From IMG/VR virus record IMGVR_UViG_3300037805_000894: a DNA stretch of 64,000 nt; one strand, given 5' to 3'. Of this stretch, positions 1 through 9,700 are shown piece by piece. Each line of letters starts with the position of its first letter. Position 1 is the stretch's first letter. This DNA is from a virus. The position numbers were made by a program, and so were the translations under genes. The notes under the pieces are model-generated. The model was not told where the DNA came from, searched no databases, and saw only the letters and a list, made by a program, of their open reading frames with translations.

Positions 1-585
1 GAATTTGAGGATGCCTCTACAGTAAAGAGAGCCTCTTCCACATGGACGTACGAGAGAAAGTTTGCCGATAAGGAGGAGACCTTTAGCGGAAATAATCAAT
101 TTAGCGGCGATTTTTTAATAGAGTCAAAAGAGCGTCTAGAGTTAGACTTAAGCGAATTAGAGGATTCGATCAATAAGACATCTCAAGATATAGAAGACGG
201 TTATAATAAAGTTTATAGCATCATAAAAGAGGCTTTACTATCCGAAGATGTGTCTGCTCCTGAGATAGTCGCGTACATTAAGCAAGAAGAACCTGCTCTA
301 GCAAAAACAGCAGCATACATTACATGTGCTTGCTGTAACTCAATAGCGGGTAGAGACATAGCTGATCAAGCAGCTTTGCCAGACAGTATGCTTATGTATT
401 CTGAGCCTATTCCAGTAGACAAGTTTCAAGGAGGCCGTTCCATGGTTAAAGAATTAAATACCCTGGTGAGGCAGCATGATCGCATGGAAGTGCAGAATGA
501 AGGTTATATGAAAATCAGAGAATCTATTCGATATGTTGTTGAAGGTATTAACTCTCACCTCAGGGGGGAGATAGAGGTTGATTAA
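1..585 (+). CDS. Head-module protein, 5'-truncated by the window edge
   Basis: Frame 1 is open from base 1 (EFEDASTVKRASS...) to the stop at 585, so the track start at 250 is internal. Carries K-x-A motifs (KRAS, KFAD, KTAA) like its neighbours. Confidence 0.6.
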   Translation, partial: EFEDASTVKRASSTWTYERKFADKEETFSGNNQFSGDFLIESKERLELDLSELEDSINKTSQDIEDGYNKVYSIIKEALLSEDVSAPEIVAYIKQEEPALAKTAAYITCACCNSIAGRDIADQAALPDSMLMYSEPIPVDKFQGGRSMVKELNTLVRQHDRMEVQNEGYMKIRESIRYVVEGINSHLRGEIEVD

Positions 586-1006
586 TTTAAAGACTGAGCT
601 ATTAAAAACAGCTCATCGAAATATAGAAGAGGCTTTAGAAAAAGAAGCTTTCTTTCTAGGCGCTGCCGCAAAAACAGTAGGTAAAGGCATCGGGAAAGTT
701 TTTGGCCGATCCGCTGGTGTATCAGCCAGAAGAGTTGTACATAACGCAGGACGAGTTATAAGTAAAGCGGGCACTGCAGCGTCCGGTAAAATGTTTGGCC
801 GCGCAGCTCCTGCGGTTAATTGGGCCGCACGAACTACTTACAAAACAGGCGTTAAAGTGGCTAAAACTCTTCCAGGGACTATAAAAAGCGTAGGAAAGGG
901 AAGCGTCAAAGTAGGTAAAGTCGCGCTATCTAAACCAGGCTGGATTGCGGGTGGAGCCATCAGCGGCGCCGTTTCGTCCAAAGCATGGAAAACACCTAAT
1001 TTTTAA
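578..1006 (+). CDS. Putative inner-head protein: short leader plus highly basic G/A/K/V-rich region
   Basis: After EEALEKEA the protein (FFLGAAAKTVGKGIGKVFG...) has no acidic residues and is K/R/G/A/V-rich. Lies in the head cluster. Confidence 0.5.
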   Translation: MINLKTELLKTAHRNIEEALEKEAFFLGAAAKTVGKGIGKVFGRSAGVSARRVVHNAGRVISKAGTAASGKMFGRAAPAVNWAARTTYKTGVKVAKTLPGTIKSVGKGSVKVGKVALSKPGWIAGGAISGAVSSKAWKTPNF

Positions 1007-1007
1007 A

Positions 1008-1601
1008 ATGAAAAATTTAGAACACACTATTTTAATAAGTACCTCAGAAGGTATTAGTAAAGAAGCTACAAAAGCGTCACAGCTTAGTTCTCTTTTTGAT
1101 AAGCTATATAAACCGGCTATTGTAATAGGAGCGGCTTTAGGCGTGGGTGGAGGTATAGGCACCTCTATAACCAGAGCGATAGCGCAGCACTCTGTCCTTA
1201 AGAAGCTTAAACAGTCTTATCCAGAAAATCAGCATAAATTGCTAGCGGAAGTCTATGGAACTTTGCTGCATACAGCACCTCATATGGCAAGTAATTATTT
1301 AATAGCTAAAACAATTATAGATCAAAAAATGGATCACATAGAGCAAATGCATGGTAGCCACCCTAAAGGTATTCAGCTACCATTAACATCGGTAGAACAG
1401 GCCATCTCTATGGAGAAAGGAACACCAATGGCGCCAGCTAGAAGCACAGGTAACCCATTAATAAATCTAGGCGATGCTTTAGTAGATAAGGCAAAACTGT
1501 TATCTGAGCAACATATGAAAGAAGATGCTCATAATCAAAAGTACGCCTCTGATCCGATAGAAGACAATTCATTTGAAACCTTTCTTGAAGGACTCTTATA
1601 A
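1008..1601 (+). CDS. Putative inner-head/ejection protein with a Gly-rich hydrophobic helix
   Basis: ATG at 1008 directly follows the previous stop and is preferred over the track start at 945. KEAT motif, then AIVIGAALGVGGGIG. Confidence 0.5.
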   Translation: MKNLEHTILISTSEGISKEATKASQLSSLFDKLYKPAIVIGAALGVGGGIGTSITRAIAQHSVLKKLKQSYPENQHKLLAEVYGTLLHTAPHMASNYLIAKTIIDQKMDHIEQMHGSHPKGIQLPLTSVEQAISMEKGTPMAPARSTGNPLINLGDALVDKAKLLSEQHMKEDAHNQKYASDPIEDNSFETFLEGLL

Positions 1602-3319
1602 TGTCAGTAAAAAAAGATTTACCTAGCCAAGAAACAACCAAGGCATCTTCTAATCCGCAGGTTGACCTTTTTTTACGTAATCTAATTCCAGACAAACGCG
1701 CTGTATACTTACATATACCAGCAGTTGTAGCAGGGGAGTTGTATGGACCAAATAATTGGGGTGATTATTTTCCAGAAGAGTCTTTAAAGAAGACATATAA
1801 AAGTTTTTATAATGCAAAAGTATATCGAAGGCATAAGAATAAAGACCCACGCAAATCTTTAGGTGACGTTGTGCTTGCTTCATATAATCCTAAGATGCGG
1901 CGCGTTGAGTTGGTTATTAAAGTATATAGAGATTTAGCTCCCGATATAGCGGAAAAAGCTGATGCTGGGCAACCAGTGGGGTTCTCTATGGGGTGTCGCG
2001 TGCCGTACGAAGAATGTAGTGTATGTAGCCAGAAAGTCTTCAAAACCGCTGATAGATGCGAACATATGAAGCATCACATGAATCAAGAGGTAGAGGGTAA
2101 GTTATGCTATGCCATTAATAGATATCCTGATTTCTTTGACATTTCTGAAACACCTAATCCAGCAGATAAAACAGTTTGGTCTATCAAAAAGGTGGCCTCA
2201 GAAGAGATTGTAGACGACCATATACATGAGCTTTCAGAAGAAGAGTTAGTGGAAGGCTTCCTAGCTTGCTCTGATTTATATTTCACTCCGAGAGAAAAGC
2301 TATTTAAGCAAGCAAGCCTAACAGATCTAAAGAAGTTTGCTGCGGGAGGCCTGAACGAAGCCATGGCTAGTAGTTTTATAAATGGCTTCTGTTTTACACC
2401 AAAAGAGTTTCAATATATTGCCCTATCACAAGAAAATGAAAAATTAGCTGAGACTCTATATAAAGAAGGTTCTTCTTTTGAGGGACTTAATAGGTTCCTC
2501 CAAACACCTACTATAGAGTTCTATGATATAGCGGATGAGCTCATTTCTGTATTAGAAAAAACAGCTACAACTGAGAATACCCAAGACGCTGTTAGTGACG
2601 TATTACTAAACCGTAACCCTCTTAGATCTAGTGAAGGAGCCTTAAAAACTGTCGCTAGACAAATTAGCAAGGAAATGGCTAATATAGCCGAGTTAGGTGA
2701 GACTAGGTTAACAAGTTTAGATGTTAAGGTTCCTAAAGATATAGAAAAGTTTCCAGCTGTTTTAGCTCTTTTATTACGCGCAGGTTTACTTTATGGGGGA
2801 TACAGAGCAGCAGCCGCTAAGATCCCATCTGGTGTTATAAAAAACCTTCTTAATATACAACCAGCTAAAGTATTAGGGGCTATTGGTGGTTATGAATTAG
2901 CCAAGCATACTATGAGAGGTGAGAAAGTTGCTTCTTATTATAATATAGAAAAGCATGCAAAGTGGTTAAAGCATGGCTTGGTAGGCTTAGGAGCTTCTTA
3001 TGGCTTATCCGCAGAGGCATATCGTCGCCAGCATCAAGGGAAAAAAATCCCTGGCGCGTTACGTTTTGTGGCGGAAAATCCCTTAATCAGTACAATAGGT
3101 TTAGGTTTAGTGTCGAGTAGAGTAGGAAAATTGTTGTCAAAGACAAAAGGTATACAGAAAAAAGCCTCTGAAAATGCTTTAACAATTGACAATACTAATA
3201 GTTGTGTACAATATAACAACTTATGTGATGTATTCTCGAACGCTACCGTTGTAGTCGATCAGGAATTAATCTCTTTAGCTGACGAGCAATTAAGCTCTGT
3301 CAACAAACTTTTTAGGTAA
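1601..3319 (+). CDS. Prohead maturation protease (HK97/assemblin-type fold) with Cys/His insert and long C-terminal extension
   Basis: NNWGDYF, candidate catalytic His (VYRRH) and Ser (GFSMG), FFDISETPNPAD resembling the E-x-S-x-V-x-x-P-A motif of prohead proteases, and a CSVC...CEH cluster. Upstream of the scaffold and capsid genes. Confidence 0.8.
   Translation: MSVKKDLPSQETTKASSNPQVDLFLRNLIPDKRAVYLHIPAVVAGELYGPNNWGDYFPEESLKKTYKSFYNAKVYRRHKNKDPRKSLGDVVLASYNPKMRRVELVIKVYRDLAPDIAEKADAGQPVGFSMGCRVPYEECSVCSQKVFKTADRCEHMKHHMNQEVEGKLCYAINRYPDFFDISETPNPADKTVWSIKKVASEEIVDDHIHELSEEELVEGFLACSDLYFTPREKLFKQASLTDLKKFAAGGLNEAMASSFINGFCFTPKEFQYIALSQENEKLAETLYKEGSSFEGLNRFLQTPTIEFYDIADELISVLEKTATTENTQDAVSDVLLNRNPLRSSEGALKTVARQISKEMANIAELGETRLTSLDVKVPKDIEKFPAVLALLLRAGLLYGGYRAAAAKIPSGVIKNLLNIQPAKVLGAIGGYELAKHTMRGEKVASYYNIEKHAKWLKHGLVGLGASYGLSAEAYRRQHQGKKIPGALRFVAENPLISTIGLGLVSSRVGKLLSKTKGIQKKASENALTIDNTNSCVQYNNLCDVFSNATVVVDQELISLADEQLSSVNKLFR
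3186..3212 (+). promoter_or_regulatory. Possible internal sigma70-type promoter for scaffold/capsid genes
   Basis: TTGACA (3186-3191) and TACAAT (3207-3212), but the spacer is only 15 nt. Confidence 0.3.
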
Positions 3320-3345
3320 AACTTTTAACAAAGGAAAAAAATAAA

Positions 3346-3936
3346 ATGGGTAATTTTGACATGAATGCTTTTCTTGATCAGCTAAACGCTGTCAAGGAGT
3401 CTATGAAAGAAGCAACCACCCCTGAAGAGTCAGCCCTTATTACGCAAGCTGCCGCAACAGCCGAAGCCCCTGGGGGCCCAGCTGTTGCTGCTAATGAACT
3501 AGAAGCTACCATGGCAGGTCAATCTGCCGGACAAGCTGCCGTTCAAGAGCACGCTGCCGCTATTGCTGATGAGAACGCTGACATAAATACTCAAATGGGT
3601 GATACACAATTGGATGCTAGGGTACAGTTAGAGCGTAAGCTCGAGAGACTAGCGGGACAACAGCTTCAAGCGCAAGCTGAGGCCGAAACCGCTATCGATA
3701 CTGCTGCCGCCGCTCCTACCAACGCTGTTAATATGGCGAAGGGAGCAGAGTACGGAGAAGAGGACCACCTCGTTTCTTTACTTGCAGGAATACACGAAAC
3801 CCTATCTAAGGAAGCGTCCGAAGAAGATCGTGATGAAGTTATGAAAGTCGCTAGTGAGGCCATTCAATATGGCCGCATTATGGCTCTAGGCTTTGTTGAT
3901 GGCCTGCGCGACCAGATGACCGAAGACGAGGTATAG
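3346..3936 (+). CDS. Acidic Ala-rich scaffold/inner-head protein
   Basis: AAGGA RBS, very acidic and helical, KEAT/KGAE/KEAS/KVAS motifs, located between protease and capsid genes. Confidence 0.55.
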   Translation: MGNFDMNAFLDQLNAVKESMKEATTPEESALITQAAATAEAPGGPAVAANELEATMAGQSAGQAAVQEHAAAIADENADINTQMGDTQLDARVQLERKLERLAGQQLQAQAEAETAIDTAAAAPTNAVNMAKGAEYGEEDHLVSLLAGIHETLSKEASEEDRDEVMKVASEAIQYGRIMALGFVDGLRDQMTEDEV

Positions 3937-3940
3937 TGAG

Positions 3941-4300
3941 ATGGATAGCCAAAATTCTGCTTCGCTTTTAAGTGACTTGACTGATGATGAAGTCCAAACA
4001 CTAGATACTTATATTGATAAGTGTGCTGAGGAAGGCGTTGAGCCTACTTTAGTAGGTTTGGTCATGGAGTCTGAAAAGTTCGCTGAAGAAGTGAATGGAG
4101 CCTACTCGTTAGGTCAGCAATTGGCGCGTACATCTTTTACATTAGCTGAACAAGTTTCAGAACACTCAGATATCCCACATACGCTAATAAAAAGTGCCTC
4201 CGGTCGTTATGAAGATGCCGACCTAGCACTTAATTTAGCTGAAATGGCGCAGGCAGCTTATCAAACAGCTCTTGCACTGAGTGAGCAAACAAATGAGTAA
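3941..4300 (+). CDS. Acidic scaffold/inner-head protein
   Basis: Acidic, with KCAE/KFAE/KSAS motifs, tightly packed in the head operon. Confidence 0.5.
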   Translation: MDSQNSASLLSDLTDDEVQTLDTYIDKCAEEGVEPTLVGLVMESEKFAEEVNGAYSLGQQLARTSFTLAEQVSEHSDIPHTLIKSASGRYEDADLALNLAEMAQAAYQTALALSEQTNE

Positions 4301-4682
4301 TTACGTAGAACTAGATCAAGCTTTTTCGCTTCTTAAGGAAGCGGAAGATGTAATTCGTACGCTCACTCAAGAGCGCAATGGTCTTCGTAATGAAAAAGGA
4401 CAACTAATGAATAAATTAGCTGAAAGTATCAACATATTAAAGTTTGCTGAGATCGTCGATGAGATGATTGAAAGCGGCATTGTTGATATAACGTCTAAGC
4501 AGGATAAATTGGAAGAACTTGTATCATCGGGACATTCTCCAGATGTTTACAAAGAAGCAATGAGTCTTGCGCCAACTTTAAATACTTTAGGTCATTTGGA
4601 CAGTGCCTCTGAAGATAACTCTAGTCAAGGCAACCCTCTCGAAAGGGCTATCTTTAACTATGTCCAAAATAAAACACATTAA
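4293..4682 (+). CDS. Coiled-coil scaffolding protein
   Basis: ATG at 4293 overlaps the previous gene end. Heptad-like IRTLTQERNGLRNEKGQL, KLAE/KFAE/KEAM motifs, directly before cement and MCP genes. Confidence 0.55.
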   Translation: MSNYVELDQAFSLLKEAEDVIRTLTQERNGLRNEKGQLMNKLAESINILKFAEIVDEMIESGIVDITSKQDKLEELVSSGHSPDVYKEAMSLAPTLNTLGHLDSASEDNSSQGNPLERAIFNYVQNKTH

Positions 4683-4708
4683 ATTTCTAACAATTAGGAA
4701 AAAATAAC

Positions 4709-5215
4709 ATGGCAAAAATTTCTGGCAATTTTGGTTCCCAGCAGACTGGCAATGGTGTTGTTGAGCTTCTTTCTCCGTTGGGACTGGTGTGGCGTAGAGC
4801 TATCGAATGGGGCGGCACGACTGCTCTCGGTAGTGATGGTGTTAGTATTACCTTTGACAATTCTAATCTTCCTATGGAAGGTCATGTTGTTAAAGTAGAT
4901 ACTGATGGCAAAGCCGCAGCAGTTGCAGCAGGCGAGACGGATGCAAACCTCTCCCTTGGCGTAGTCTGGACTGGCTATGATCAGCACGATTCTGGTGCTA
5001 TCGACACTATCACAATGATTGATGGTGGATACTTTTTATTCGATGTTGACGCATCTTTAGTTGAGGCCGCAGTAGCGGGTCAAGCTCTCTATTGGTCCGC
5101 ATCTGTCAATCAGTTCACTGACGATGCCACCGGCGCATACGCTGTTGGTGTTTGTGAACAAACAGGCATGTCGCGAGGCGGCAAAACCTTTACCCGCATT
5201 AAGTGGACCCGTTAA
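4709..5215 (+). CDS. Capsid cement/decoration protein
   Basis: AGGA RBS, small beta-rich protein immediately before the MCP. GQALYW...T...GAYAVGVC resembles DUF2190-type cement proteins. Confidence 0.7.
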   Translation: MAKISGNFGSQQTGNGVVELLSPLGLVWRRAIEWGGTTALGSDGVSITFDNSNLPMEGHVVKVDTDGKAAAVAAGETDANLSLGVVWTGYDQHDSGAIDTITMIDGGYFLFDVDASLVEAAVAGQALYWSASVNQFTDDATGAYAVGVCEQTGMSRGGKTFTRIKWTR

Positions 5216-5233
5216 TTTAGGAGAATATAAAAA

Positions 5234-6241
5234 ATGGAAAAAATTAGTCAAGAAGTACTTAATTCTGCATTCTCTGAAATGCTCGATTCTGATGAAGGCG
5301 CAGAGGCTCTCCGCAGCGCAGGCGCATCTTACATTCGTATGAAACTCCGTGAGGAGTCTTTTACGCGTAAGATTCTACCTGCAGAGCGTTGCACCAAGCA
5401 CGATCTTCAAAGAAACGTTAAAAACGATAGTTTGGTAAAAATTGTAGATATCGAGCCTAACTCGACTGCAGTTTCTATCGACTTCCGTGGTGAAACTCCA
5501 ATGACCTTCGTCGAAGGCGGTCGTTACGAGATTCCTTTCTTTCTTATCTCTACTCCTGAGTATAGTAAGACAGAAGAGGAGCTTCTCGCATACGAGATGC
5601 CCGTCGTCGAAATCGTTGAGCGTAACTCGGTCAAGGATATTCAAACTGTTGAGGACGAAACATTCCTCAAGTATGTAAACGCTGCTCTTTTGGAGAGCGA
5701 TCAGTGGTTGGGTGTGGTCGATGCCGCAAATGCTGACTCTACACTTCCGCTACAATCTGCTCGTTATTTGACACGCGCAATGCGTACATTGGAAGAAGGC
5801 AACCAGCTTGTTTCTGATTGTTTGTTGATGTCGAAGTCTACTTACCTAGATCTCTTGGGTCTCCCAGCAGAACAAGTAGGTACAGATCTTCGCTCTGAAA
5901 CTTTCAAAGATGGCTTTATTTATGGTAACGTTTTAGGCAAAAAGCTTATTGTTACTATTAAAGAAGACTTAGTTCCTTACGGTGCTATTTTGGTTTTCGC
6001 TGCTCCTGAGTTCCTTGGTAATTTCTATGTCCTTGGTAATACCAAGTTCTGGATTGACAAGCGTGCAAACGTTGTCTCTTGGAAAACATGGGAAAATATC
6101 GGTATTGGTATTGGTAACATTAAAGGCATGGGTGGCATCTTCTGGGATGGCGCATATGCAAAAGGAGGTTTCTCCTTAGCCGATAATGCAGCTGCTGTAA
6201 TTGCTGCAGCAAATGAGGTACTAGAAGGAGATATTGCCTAG
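5234..6241 (+). CDS. Major capsid protein (HK97 fold inferred)
   Basis: 335 aa, GGAG RBS, follows protease-scaffold-cement genes and is followed by a strong terminator. Codon usage appears biased as in highly expressed genes. Confidence 0.85.
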   Translation: MEKISQEVLNSAFSEMLDSDEGAEALRSAGASYIRMKLREESFTRKILPAERCTKHDLQRNVKNDSLVKIVDIEPNSTAVSIDFRGETPMTFVEGGRYEIPFFLISTPEYSKTEEELLAYEMPVVEIVERNSVKDIQTVEDETFLKYVNAALLESDQWLGVVDAANADSTLPLQSARYLTRAMRTLEEGNQLVSDCLLMSKSTYLDLLGLPAEQVGTDLRSETFKDGFIYGNVLGKKLIVTIKEDLVPYGAILVFAAPEFLGNFYVLGNTKFWIDKRANVVSWKTWENIGIGIGNIKGMGGIFWDGAYAKGGFSLADNAAAVIAAANEVLEGDIA

Positions 6242-6261
6242 GTTAGGCAGTACCCTTTGAC

Positions 6262-6304
6262 GAATGTAGGGGAAATTGTTAAAATTTCCCCTACATTCAT
6301 TTTA
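6262..6304 (+). terminator. Rho-independent terminator after the MCP gene
   Basis: Perfect 16-bp stem GAATGTAGGGGAAATT-gttaa-AATTTCCCCTACATTC (6262-6298) followed by ATTTTAT. Confidence 0.8.
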
Positions 6305-6320
6305 TATAGGATGCTACATC

Positions 6321-6755
6321 ATGAGAATTAAAAACATAACTAAAACCAAGATTTTATTAAACTTATCTAGAAAAGTTTGGCTTCGTTCAGGAGCAGAATT
6401 AACTATTAATTCAGCTCAGCTTCGTCGCTGTAAAATGTACCAAGATAGAGGTCTTATTAAGATCTTAGGTGCAGAAGGTGCAAAACTAATAGCAGTTGAT
6501 AGTAAAGCTATTAAAGAGGAGGTCGTGGAAGTACCTATCATAGAAGAACCTGTAGTAGAGAGAGAAGTAATAGAGGCGCCTCCAGTAGAAGAAGCTATTG
6601 AGATTGAACCGGCACTAGAAGAGTCTGTTTCGGACGAAGGGAATGACTTAGGAGAGAAAAGCTATAAAGAATTAAAAGAGATAGCCACTGAACTAGGCGT
6701 AGCAGGTAAAGGCAAGAAAGGTTTAATCGAAGCAATTAAGAATTACGAAGAATAA
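6321..6755 (+). CDS. Head-associated protein with C-terminal Rho-N/HeH-like helical domain
   Basis: ATG at 6321 (track start 6276 lies inside the terminator). E/P/V-rich linker, then SYKELKEIATELGVAGKGKKGLIEAI. Confidence 0.6.
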   Translation: MRIKNITKTKILLNLSRKVWLRSGAELTINSAQLRRCKMYQDRGLIKILGAEGAKLIAVDSKAIKEEVVEVPIIEEPVVEREVIEAPPVEEAIEIEPALEESVSDEGNDLGEKSYKELKEIATELGVAGKGKKGLIEAIKNYEE

Positions 6756-9700
6756 TGAAACGAAGCGAATTTGTTCAATTCATGCGTCGTCATATGCAGG
6801 ATACTCCTGAAGCGAACGCCTTATTGTCGGGACATGAATTAACAGATGCTTCGATAGAAAGCTGTATAAGAATGGCAGAGATGGAGTATAATATGACTCC
6901 TCCTGTTATCACTGGCTTTACTATAGAAAATCATCCCGCAGTAGGTTTGTTAATCTATGGCACAATGATTGAAATGCTAATGTCAGCGGGTATCCTTAAT
7001 TCTAGGAATAGGTTAAATTATAATGCTGGCGGAGTTCAGGTAAACGTAAGTGATAAAGCTGGTGAATATAGTAATTGGATTAGTCTATTATTAAATAGGT
7101 ATAATCAATTAAAACTCCAACATAAGCAGGCTCTAAATATGAACAGAGCTTACGGTTCGGTAGGAAGCGAATATGGGAACGCCTTTAATTATGGTGATCT
7201 AACCACAGGCGTGGGTGTAGCACCTTGGCCAGGCGATAAACCAGGAAGCAGCGGAGGTACTGAACCAGCCCCAGAGGAGGGCGTAGAAACCTATCTACTA
7301 GCTAATGATACGTATGAGTGGTCTTTCTCAAAACAGCTAGGAGTAGACGGTGTAGGACCTTATTTACAGTTTGATCATGTTTTAAATAAAGAGACTGGTC
7401 ATAAAGTAGACATGTCAGCATCGCCCATATGGCAAATGGACTTAAAGTTGGATTTAACTGATAATGAAAATCCTACGACGTACGCCATACCTTTTTCTTT
7501 GCACGCTAGCGGTAATGGTGAATTAGTATATGCACCAGAGCCTCTAAAATTCACCGACGGACAAGATTACGTTTCTGTAGATAGTAGTGAACCAGGCAAG
7601 CTTGTTTTAAAATGGACCAAGTTTACATATGATTCTATAAAACAACCTAAGATATACGAAGGCGCTAAAGGTGGTTTATTTACGGTTGAGGTTTTGGTAG
7701 AATTAGAAAAAGGCGTATTGGAGATGTCAGTACGCACGGATATCACAGTGGACGAAGCGGGTTTGTCGTGTCCTACAGCATTACAAAGTATTAGATTCCC
7801 TTACCTAAGTATGCCTAACTTTAGTGGAAAGTCGCATGCCTATACTACCACTACTGGAGGAGAGCTTGTAATAGAGCCTGTAAGAGCTAATATTTTCGTA
7901 GGAGATACGGATATGAGTGATAGAACTGCTGGAGGCTCTGGTTTATATCCAGGAGATACAGCAACGACAATGCAGGCTTGGTTTGACGAGGATAATAAGT
8001 ACGGAGTGCTTGGTTATGACCTAGATCCGTACGATTCTGTTAGAAATATTATAAATACATCTGTTAAGGCAAACGATAATTGGTTTACTTATAATAGATT
8101 ATGGTGTCAATTGGAAGGGGATGATTTTAGACCTGTCCACAGAAGAAGAGGCGCGTACACTAGATCATGGAACACAGCTACTAATTTTTTCACTGATATA
8201 AATGGAAATCCTTACGGCTTTAAGCATAAATGTGTATTATTTGAAGGCGATGAAACGGAAGCGGCTTATATATTTAGAAAAGACTATATTGAAACCTTTA
8301 ATATTCCTACAGTATATGATAATCAAGATATTCCAGAGGACCATAAAGAGTCTCCTCTTTCTTTATGGTTAATAGATAATGCAATTGATAATAAAGCTGA
8401 AAACAGTACCCTGACGTACGGAACAGGCTGTGATATGTACGATGTTGTTTCCGGCTCAGTTAACTATTTTAGAGCTGAGTCTTTAGAGCTGCATGATCCT
8501 ATAGAGATAAATGTTTTATCTTTAACAACAAACGGCTGGATGACGCCGACCGCCGAGACCTATCCATGCGGAGCTTTTTTTGGCGCCAGTAACCAAGTTG
8601 GGTACCTTACAGAGGCAGAGAATATAGCTGAGGGCTACGAGAGACCTATGGTAGACAGAATGCGTAAAGGCATAGTACCTTTTCTACAGGGTCTTCACGA
8701 TGACGCCTCGTTAGGAGAGATTGCGGTGGCAGGCAACCAGGATACGGGACGTATTGTAGAGAATACTATATATAGCTCAACTAACTGGGGCGGCGCAGGC
8801 AACTCGCCTGTCCCCTTTCATTTTTCTGACGCCGCTAACGAGTACCCTAGACGTAATTTAAGCAGGATTAACGTTAATCATTCTATTTATGATTATAGCG
8901 GACTTGTCACTCATAAAAAAGACAATCAAAGCAGAGGATGTGCAGGATCTGCTTGGTTAGCTGATATGTATATTAGAGAAGCTAAAGTGATTATTGATGC
9001 TTTTGAAGGGACTGTAAATTATATTAAATTCACAGGTTCTTCTTCTCACCCAGTAAGGTGTATTGCTCCTTTATTAAAAGATACAGAGATAGGTACACCG
9101 AAAGTATGTGTAGGTGTTTTAAATAACGCGTCTATAGTAAAGAAGCAAACATCTTTATGGATAAATGATATAGAATTAAAAGCAGGTGTAGCCTGGGCTG
9201 CAGGGGCTACTGAACGAGCTACAGCGGAAAACATTAAAGAGGCTATAATAGAAGCAGGTTTCTATGCCTACACTGAAGATGTCCCCGCCATAGGCCAGAT
9301 TATTATTGAATTAGATTTGTATGACAAAGTAAAATTAACCTTACCTGCATTTACAGCAGATAGAACTTTACGCGCCCTGAATCTTAGTCACACGCCTTTA
9401 AAGGCTTTATATAATAGTAAATACCCTTCACAGAATATTTATTGCGAGAATGGGGTAGTCTTAACTTTCGACCACCCTATGTATGAAGCGCCGCCACTTG
9501 GTAGGCTTACCATTCATGGAGTAGAAAGCCCTCTACTTACACAGATAAATGCTCAACCAGATAAATGGAGAGAGTTTTCTTTCGGCTATGCCGATTTAGA
9601 ACCTTTAGACGAGACCATAACATGGCATACGGACAAGACAATAAATGCCAGTTCTTTTGTTAGTGCCATAAATACAGTAGATGCTGTATCCAGTACAGCA

